Source of the DNA: an uncultured Planctomycetaceae bacterium
GTDB lineage: Bacteria; Planctomycetota; Planctomycetia; Pirellulales; Thermoguttaceae
Reading direction: 5' to 3'
Assembly (NCBI GenBank): GCA_963789525.1
Contig: CAWBLA010000009.1
Span: 332,999-396,998, forward strand
Length of the DNA stretch: 64,000 nucleotides
The translations under genes were made by a program, and so were the position numbers. The stretch's first letter is position 1, and the number at the start of each line of letters is the position of its first letter. Positions 57,042 to 64,000 of this stretch are shown one piece after another. The notes under the pieces are model-generated. The model saw only the letters and a program-made list of their open reading frames with translations. It was not told where the DNA came from and did not search any database.

Positions 57042-58592
57042 TTACCACAGCCATTCCATGCCAAGGTCGAGGCCCTGCGAAAAGATGGAGCCGTTCATGT
57101 TGATGCGGCTTTCGGGCTGGGCCGCGAGCGCTACCTGCTCGGGCGCCAGAGCCAGGCCTGTAACCCACATGAAGTCATAGGATACGCGGCCGATCATGTT
57201 GGGTTTGAACCGATAGCTGGCGTGGAATCCAACTTCTCCGATCACCGACACCTGATACTTGGCGGCGACGACCTGCTGATTGACAAACGATTCCGGCGTG
57301 TTGTCGATGACGCCGTCGATCGCGGTCATCTGGTCGGCGAAATTGACAAAGGGCCCCAATTTCGACTTGACGCCCCATTCCCAACGGCATTTGCGGAAGG
57401 CCATATCGGCCCCGATCTGCAAACCGAGCAGGTTGTTATGCGTCACGGCGTCGTAATCGCCGGTGGCGTTGTAGACGGTCAGCGTCTCATCCATCGACTG
57501 GCTGCGGCTGTGAAAGCGGAAGGTCTCGTCGACTTGCATGAAGCGCAGCCCGTACAGGTAGGACATGTATGTTCCCGGCTGGCACTCGCGGCGCCACTTG
57601 CCGTCGGGGTGCAGCACCAATCGATCGGGCTCGCTGCGAGGGCTGAAGCGGCCGTTGAGCTCGTAGTTGTTCATCGTCGACCTGTACGAAATATCGTATT
57701 GCAGGCCGCCGTTGAATGCCAAGCTCAGCGTTCGTTGTTCCGGCGTCGCTCCAGGCAACTCGTTGAGCAACGCCGGAAAGGGCGTTCGCAAGCTGCCGAC
57801 AAACTGGCCGGTTGTTGCGGCCGTGATGGCGCCCCCGTTGATCAAGTCTGCCTGTTGCTGGGTGTAGGTCTGCGACTCGTCATAGACTGGCACGAGCATC
57901 CCAGTAATCGACTTGGAATCCGACCAGGAATTGAGTCCCCAGAACGTGAACTCCACAAAGTGGTCGTTGTTGTTCTTATCGCGTAAGAAGTAGTGTCCGA
58001 TCGTCGTGTAGTAGCCCGGGGCGGCATCCGGCTGGAATTGCTTCGTATTGAATACAGTCGCAGTGTCGGCGGTCGACCCGGGAAAGTTGAGCACGATATA
58101 GTCGCCGGCTGGGTCGGCTTGGACGGCGGCGAAGTTGCCGCGAGTGCCCGATCCAAATGCAATGGGGACCTTGCGTGGCGCGGAGTGGCTGATGATGCGT
58201 ACGCCCTGAAACGTGTACCAGTCCGGCGGAGGGCAACTGCCGCCACCACACATCGAACAGCACGGCCCGACCGAAGCGTCATCCCACAGACCGTTGTCCA
58301 ACAGGAGCGAGTTGTTGATCGGCGTTGGCGAACCGCCGGGTGGCGAATCGCCACCCCCCTCGCCAGCCGCCTCCGTCGGCTGAGGTTCAGCGCCGGCGAC
58401 TCCCGCCGCCGCCCCGCCGCCGGACGACGACGCGTCGGAGGCCACGGCGCCCGTAGGCGAGGCATAACGATATTGGGCCCAGGCTTCGATGTTGGCCATC
58501 CCAGCCAAGAAGGCCAAAGCCACGATCACTCGCAGCAATGTCGCTTTCACCAAGACCGACCTCCTCACCGAAACTTCCGTAGAGACAGACAA
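57042..58592 (-). CDS. Putative outer-membrane protein (secreted, C-terminal aromatic end)
   Basis: Signal peptide ...ATLLRVIVALAFLAGMANIEAWA, Gly/Ala/Pro-rich low-complexity segment, C-terminal ...LDLGMEWLW. Intact 516-aa ORF. No family assigned. Confidence 0.5.
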   Translation of the reverse strand: MSVSTEVSVRRSVLVKATLLRVIVALAFLAGMANIEAWAQYRYASPTGAVASDASSSGGGAAAGVAGAEPQPTEAAGEGGGDSPPGGSPTPINNSLLLDNGLWDDASVGPCCSMCGGGSCPPPDWYTFQGVRIISHSAPRKVPIAFGSGTRGNFAAVQADPAGDYIVLNFPGSTADTATVFNTKQFQPDAAPGYYTTIGHYFLRDKNNNDHFVEFTFWGLNSWSDSKSITGMLVPVYDESQTYTQQQADLINGGAITAATTGQFVGSLRTPFPALLNELPGATPEQRTLSLAFNGGLQYDISYRSTMNNYELNGRFSPRSEPDRLVLHPDGKWRRECQPGTYMSYLYGLRFMQVDETFRFHSRSQSMDETLTVYNATGDYDAVTHNNLLGLQIGADMAFRKCRWEWGVKSKLGPFVNFADQMTAIDGVIDNTPESFVNQQVVAAKYQVSVIGEVGFHASYRFKPNMIGRVSYDFMWVTGLALAPEQVALAAQPESRINMNGSIFSQGLDLGMEWLW

Positions 58593-58942
58593 TGCGCAAC
58601 CGCAGCCGAACGCTTACGGAAGAACACAACAGAAAATCGGCCGTCGCAAGCCCTTAGAACAGGAATAAACGGTAAATTTTCAAAATAGCCCGCTAACCTA
58701 CTGACCGGCACGGCCAGTGATGCTTACCTATTTTGCCGCGCCCCGGCCGGTGCATCGCAGACGCGGAGTTCGTACTGCGTCGTGGGGCCAACGTGCGGCC
58801 ATCTTGCCTTTCACAGCGGTGGCTATAGGATGTGGTGACTGTGGCTGCGTTGCGTGCCGCAATTCGCAGACTCTCTTGGACCACCTCCTTCGCGATGCCG
58901 CCGCCTGTTGCCTAATTTTCCCAACCTTATGAGGACGTAGCC

Positions 58943-60690
58943 ATGACCGCTCGAATGCTCATCGTGGTTCTGTTGACCTTCGGCACGCAATGGGCCGTGG
59001 CACCGGCCACGCCGGCGGCGGAGGACGTGCTCGACCTGGTGCCGGAGTCGGCATCCGGGCTGCTGGTAATCAACCGGATGGCTGCCACGGACGCCAAGTT
59101 CCAGGCAGCGAGCCAACGCATGCAGATTCCAATGCCCGGTCCGCTGGCAATGCTCAAACGAGCCTCCGCGGTAAGCGAGGGCTTGGACGAAAGCGGGACG
59201 ATCGCCTTGGTCACCTTGCCGCCGGTCGGCGGGGAGTCGATGCCCACGCCGCTGTTGTTCGTGCCGGTGAGCGACTACGCCAAGTTCATCGCGCAACTTC
59301 ATGCCGAGGGCGAAGTCCACGGCGTCAGTCCGATCACGGTCAGAAACATGCCGTCCTTGGTTCGTCACGTCGACGGCTATGCTGTGCTGACCGATGCCGG
59401 GCATCGCAACGTGCTGGAGAAACTGGAGCCGTCCGCGAAAGCGTCTGCCGATGTGGCGACCTGGCGCAAGTGGGTCGCCGAAGCGGACATGGCCTTCGTC
59501 GTTCTTCGCCCGGGAATCAAACGGTTCTTCACCATGGCCCAGCAGCGTCTCGCTGCGGCGAAGCCGGCCTTTGCCAATGGTCCCAAGCAGATGCAGGCAA
59601 TGGCCGCGGCCTTCGACATGTACGGAAAGATGTGTGCGACGGCGGAACAACAGGTCTCCGGCTTTGGTGTTGCCCTGCGATTGGACAACCAAGACGCGCT
59701 TCGGCTGAACAGCCGCACGTTGCTAGTCCCCGGCGGAACGTGGGCCGAGGTGGTAGGCAAATCGCGCCCGGTCAAGGAAAATCCGCTGCACGGACTGCCC
59801 GACGGGCCCTTCGTCGTCGCCGGCGGCGGAGAAGTCTCCGAGGCCTTTATGGCGGCCCTAATGAGCTTTTCGACGAAAACCATGACGAGCATGCCGAGCG
59901 TGTACGGGATCACCGAGGAACAAGCCAAGAAATTCGGAAGCGTCGCGCCCGGCGCTTCGTGCCATCCGCGCCCTATCGATGGAACTGGGCGTCGCCCACG
60001 ACGACGAACCGCTCTACGCCCGCATGTCGTGCATCATGCGCGTGGACGATTCGCGGGCATTCATGACCGACTATGAGAAGTCCCTCGTCGAGTACAGCGA
60101 GCTGGTCAAGCAGTCGAAAAGTCCGCTATTGCAGCCGCCGGAGATCGAGAAGACCGAGGTAGCGGGGATCCCTTCGCTGCAAATCACGATGAAGGCCCCA
60201 TCGGCCACCAGCGGCGAAAATGCCCAACAGCACGCGCATGATGGAGAAATTCTTCGGTCCCGAAGGAAGTCTGGCCGGATGGATCGTGCCGGCCAACGCG
60301 CACCACGTGGTGCTCGGTTATGTCGACAAGGATCGTGTAGCACAAGTCGTGGCCGCCGTGAAGGCGGGCAAACCGGGGCTGGCCGACGACGTCGCAGTGG
60401 CCACGACGGCCGCGCTGCTGCCATTCTACCGCTCGTCGGTCTTCTATATGAGTCCGGCGGGAATGGTCGATTTTGTCAAACAGATGGCGCCGGCCGTGGT
60501 TCCGGGCGGCACTAACATGAAACTGAAACTTCCGGAGTTCCCCAAGACGCCGCCCATCGGACTGGCCATCGCGGCCGTCCCCAATGAACTGCACACGTCG
60601 TTGGTCATTCCCGCCGAAGTGTTGCACTCGGTAGCCGAATACGCTGCGAAGCTGCAAGCGATGCGGCACGGCGGAGCACGTGGGCAGTAA
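58943..60690 (+). CDS. Secreted hypothetical protein (~580 aa, 2 frameshifts)
   Basis: Signal peptide MTARMLIVVLLTFGTQWAVAPA. Three consecutive frames together give one ORF. No recognised domain. Confidence 0.5.
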
Positions 60691-61031
60691 TAGCATATTC
60701 ATATTGCGTCAGTCTTGGCACGTGCGTCGGCGCATCGTCCGGCCGGCGGTCGTGCCGACCATGTCCGAACGCAATCGTCCAACACCCCATTGTGGTTATG
60801 CGTTACGGGGGCAGTTGACCTGAACTAGGCCACCTGTTAGAGTACGGGATTCACTGCCCTGAACGGTCCATGGCGGTGGTTGGACGACCGTGCTGACCGA
60901 ATCCGCGTTCTAACGCCGGCGGGAAAAGAGGGGAACGAGATCGATCGATCGCAGCGGCTCGCCGAACCGTCATTCGGCCCCGGTGTGTCGCAGGATCGGG
61001 ACGCGTCGCCCGTTATTTCCCAGAAGCCGGT

Positions 61032-61787
61032 GTGCCTTACAAGGAGCTTCATTTGGCTACCGTCTTAGTAAAAGACCTCATCGAGGCGGGCGTTCACTTC
61101 GGACATCGGGCGAGCCGCTGGAACCCCAAGATGCGGCCGTATATCTACGCCCGGCGAAACTTGATCCACATCATTGACGTCCGCGAGACAATCCGCGGCC
61201 TGCTGCGGGCGCGGCGCTACCTCCAGAAGGTCACCGCCCAGGGGAGCCTCGTGCTGCTGGTCGGCACGAAACGGCAAGCCTGCGACGTGGTTGAGCAACA
61301 AGGCCTCCGCTGCGGCATGCCCTTCGTCAGCGACCGTTGGCTTGGCGGCACGTTGACCAACTTCCGCACCATTCGCAGCCGGCTCACCCGCCTTGAAGAG
61401 CTCGAGACGCTGCGAAACTCGGAAGAGCTTGCGACCTACTCGAAGAAGATGCAGTCGGCGTTGAATCGCGAATACCGGAAGATGTATCGCAACCTCAACG
61501 GCATGCGCACCATGAACCGGCTGCCGGAGTGCCTGGTGGTGATTGATCCGCGGAAAGAGAAGAACGCCATCGGCGAAGCCCGCAAGCTCGGGATCGCCAC
61601 CGTGGCCCTGATCGACACCGACTGCGACCCGGACGAGGTCGATCTGCCGGTCCCCGGCAACGACGACAGCATCCGCTCGATCGAGTTGATCGTGGCACTG
61701 CTGGCCGATGCCATCGTTGCGGGCAAGACGGCTTCGGGCGCCATGAAGCAAGAACAGGCCGAGGGGGCAATGGCGGCGCCGGTGTAG
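61032..61787 (+). CDS. rpsB: 30S ribosomal protein S2
   Basis: [39 protein letters not shown]...LLVGTKRQA... Start may be the internal TTG near 61055. Confidence 0.9.
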   Translation: MPYKELHLATVLVKDLIEAGVHFGHRASRWNPKMRPYIYARRNLIHIIDVRETIRGLLRARRYLQKVTAQGSLVLLVGTKRQACDVVEQQGLRCGMPFVSDRWLGGTLTNFRTIRSRLTRLEELETLRNSEELATYSKKMQSALNREYRKMYRNLNGMRTMNRLPECLVVIDPRKEKNAIGEARKLGIATVALIDTDCDPDEVDLPVPGNDDSIRSIELIVALLADAIVAGKTASGAMKQEQAEGAMAAPV

Positions 61788-61946
61788 GCTGCTCGCGCCG
61801 GCCGATCCCCCAGATCGATCTGCCGGCGCCGGCATGCTGCCGTCGCTGCCGTGAGCGTTCCTGCAACCATGTCGCCAATGATGCATAAGGCGCCCGAGTC
61901 AGAGGATGGGTGCCGGAGGAGATCCAACAACAAGGGAGACGATTCG

Positions 61947-62777
61947 ATGGCAGAGATATCCGCGGCCGCAGTGCGAACGTTGCGTGAACGGACCGGTTTG
62001 CCCATGATGGACTGCAAGAAAGCACTGCAGGACGCCGGCGGTGACGCCGACAAGGCAGTCGAGTTGCTGCGCAAGACAGGGGCCAAGATGATGGAGAAGC
62101 GTGCCGGCCGATCCGCCACTTCCGGCCGCATCGCGATTTACGTGGCGCCCGACGCCAATGTCAGCGCCATGATCGACCTGCGCTGCGAGAAGCGCCCCGG
62201 TAGCCGTCAACGATCAGTTTGTGCAGTTGGCCAACGATCTGGCCCGGCAACTCGCGCTGGGGCCTGGTGCGGCCTCGCCCGAGGCGCTCTGGCGCAGCCG
62301 TCGCCGAGCAACATCGCGCCGACGCTCAAGCAGCAGTTCGACGACCTCAACAACCGCATCCGCGAGGTCTTCAAACTCGAGCAGGTCGTCCGCATCGACG
62401 GACGCTCCGGCGGCTATGCGCACCACAACGGCGCGGCCGGCGTATTGCTGCAATTCGAAGGCGGCAGCCCGGAACTGGCCAAAGACATCTGTATGCACAT
62501 CGCCGCCATGCGGCCAGCCGTGCTCCACAAAGAGGATCTCGACCCGGACGTTGTGGCCAAGGAGCGCGAGATCCTCTCCGAGGCCGCCCGCAAGGAAGGC
62601 AAACCCGAAAAGATCATCGACAAGATGGTCGAAGGGCGCCTGCAGAACTTCTACGCCGAGTGCTGCCTGGCCGAGCAGCCGTTTGTGAAGGACGACAAGA
62701 AGACGGTGGGCGAGGTGGCCAAGGGGGCCGGGATGAAGCTGGTCCGTTTCATCCGCTGGGAGCTGCCGAAGGAGTAG
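61947..62777 (+). CDS. tsf: Elongation factor Ts
   Basis: MAEISAAAVRTLRERTGLPMMDCKKALQDAGGDADKAVELLRKTG... C-terminal half ...ICMHIAAMRPAVLHKEDLDPDVVAKEREIL...KMVEGRLQNFYAECCLAEQPFVKDDKKTVGEV. Two frameshifts between 62200 and 62340. Confidence 0.85.
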   Translation: MAEISAAAVRTLRERTGLPMMDCKKALQDAGGDADKAVELLRKTGAKMMEKRAGRSATSGRIAIYVAPDANVSAMIDLRCEKRPGSRQRSVCAVGQRSGPATRAGAWCGLARGALAQPSPSNIAPTLKQQFDDLNNRIREVFKLEQVVRIDGRSGGYAHHNGAAGVLLQFEGGSPELAKDICMHIAAMRPAVLHKEDLDPDVVAKEREILSEAARKEGKPEKIIDKMVEGRLQNFYAECCLAEQPFVKDDKKTVGEVAKGAGMKLVRFIRWELPKE

Positions 62778-62783
62778 ACGACA

Positions 62784-63551
62784 ATGGCGAAGCAAGACCC
62801 GCCAGCAGGGGAAGACGTAGCGGCCGCCGGCACCGAGCCGAAGTATCGTCGCGTGGTGCTGAAGATTTCGGGCGAGGGTTTTGTACACCCGGGCGAGCGC
62901 GGCATCGCGATGGACGCGGTGCTGCACATCGCGAGGCAGACGTACCACGCCGCCCAACATGGTGTGCAAATAGCCATCGTCATCGGCGGCGGCAACATCC
63001 TCCGCGGCGCGCAGTTCAGCTCCGGCAGTTCCTGCGTCCACGAGGCCACGGCCCATTACATGGGCATGCTGGCGACGATGATCAACGGCCTGGCCCTGCA
63101 AGACGCCCTGGAATCGCTCGGCTGCAGCACCCGGCTGATGACGGCCGTCCGCACCGACGGCGTCGCCGAGCCCTACATCCGCCGCCGGGCCAAGCGCCAC
63201 CTTGAAAAAGGGCGAATCGTCATCCTCGCCGGCGGCACCGGAAGCCCCTTTGTCACCACGGACACCGCCGCCGCCCAGCGGGCCTTGGAGTTGGAGGCCG
63301 AAATACTCCTGAAAGCCACCCGCGTCGACGGCGTCTTCAGCGACGATCCGGAAAAGAACCCCCACGCGCTTCTCTACGGCGATCTCCGCTACGACGACGT
63401 GCGGCGGCAGAATCTCCGGGTCATGGATCACGAGGCGATCACCAAGTGCGCCGAGTATGACATGCCGATCCTAGTATTCAACTTCCGCAAAGAGGGCAAC
63501 ATTGAAAACGCCGTGCTCGGCCAACGCGTCGGCACGCTGATCCATGAGTAG
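62784..63551 (+). CDS. pyrH: UMP kinase
   Basis: [11 protein letters not shown]...[11 protein letters not shown]...[24 protein letters not shown]...[12 protein letters not shown]. Intact 255 aa. Confidence 0.9.
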   Translation: MAKQDPPAGEDVAAAGTEPKYRRVVLKISGEGFVHPGERGIAMDAVLHIARQTYHAAQHGVQIAIVIGGGNILRGAQFSSGSSCVHEATAHYMGMLATMINGLALQDALESLGCSTRLMTAVRTDGVAEPYIRRRAKRHLEKGRIVILAGGTGSPFVTTDTAAAQRALELEAEILLKATRVDGVFSDDPEKNPHALLYGDLRYDDVRRQNLRVMDHEAITKCAEYDMPILVFNFRKEGNIENAVLGQRVGTLIHE

Positions 63552-63590
63552 TGGAAAGTGGTCACAGGTCAGCCGCCAGCCACCGCATTC

Positions 63591-63632
63591 TGACCTCTGA
63601 CCTCTGACCTCTGACCACTGACCACTGACCTC
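63591..63632. repeat. Heptamer tandem repeat TGACC(T/A)C x6
   Basis: tgacctc tgacctc tgacctc tgaccac tgaccac tgacctc, read directly, ending 9 nt before the frr ATG. Confidence 0.85.
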
Positions 63633-63640
63633 TCCTCCCC

Positions 63641-64000
63641 ATGACTACCGACGAAATCCTGCTGGACGTCGAAGAACGGATGGAGAAGGCCATCCGAAAG
63701 CTCAAGGGCGATCTGGCCGGCATCCGCACCGGCCGGGCCAACCCCGGACTGGTCGATTCGCTGCGGGTCGAGGTCTATGGTTCGCCCGTCCCGATCAAGC
63801 AGATCGCGTCGGTCGGGTGCGCCCGAGCCCAATCAGATCGTCGTTCGCCCTTACGACCCCGGCACGTTGAAGGACATCGAGAAGGCGATTCAAACCAGCG
63901 ACCTCGGCTTCAATCCGCAGAACGACGGCCGGCTGATACGCCTGAGCGTGCCGCCGCTGTCGACGGAAGTCCGCCGGAAAATGGTCGGCCGCATCAAGGA
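63641..64000 (+). CDS. frr: Ribosome recycling factor (partial; runs off window end)
   Basis: [59 protein letters not shown]...[51 protein letters not shown]. One frameshift near 63815. Confidence 0.8.
   Translation, partial: MTTDEILLDVEERMEKAIRKLKGDLAGIRTGRANPGLVDSLRVEVYGSPVPIKQIASVGCARAQSDRRSPLRPRHVEGHREGDSNQRPRLQSAERRPADTPERAAAVDGSPPENGRPHQG

Overview
This is a high-GC bacterial chromosomal segment, most likely from a Planctomycetota (Pirellulales-like) genome. The lineage signals are six PEP-CTERM proteins, planctomycete-type dockerin-like 'GDANVDGSVNLSDLGFLGD' repeat pairs, a BBP7-type outer-membrane protein and the general absence of Shine-Dalgarno sites. Gene content, in order: tRNA-Lys, a 5'-truncated group II intron remnant, acs, a PEP-CTERM gene cluster containing a perfect 20-bp x7 tandem repeat, fabG, a co-directional aceB-aceA-pckA-gltA acetate-assimilation block, pilT, a DUF1854-like gene coupled to an ABC exporter, a long low-GC intergenic region, cphA (cyanophycin synthetase), a 1146-aa tandem-repeat PEP-CTERM surface protein, mutS, pilD, a rimI-nfeD-flotillin operon, an lptF/G-family permease, archease and mtnA, an IS30 element nested inside an IS200-like transposase gene, purE, der, a family-4 uracil-DNA glycosylase, an orphan response regulator, UDP-xylose synthase, tRNA-Ala, two tandem uvrA paralogs (the second carrying a ~350-aa C-terminal extension I cannot assign), several envelope proteins, and the rpsB-tsf-pyrH-frr operon. 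Both tRNAs have a degenerate partial copy of their own 3' half a few kb downstream, the signature of an old site-specific integration. Caveat: nearly every gene outside a few long intact ORFs (mutS, uvrA-1, the first PEP-CTERM gene) carries one to five frameshifts, including essential tsf and frr, and several sit in homopolymer runs. I read these as assembly indel errors rather than gene decay, so all CDS coordinates are approximate merged-frame spans. I found no rRNA and no CRISPR array.
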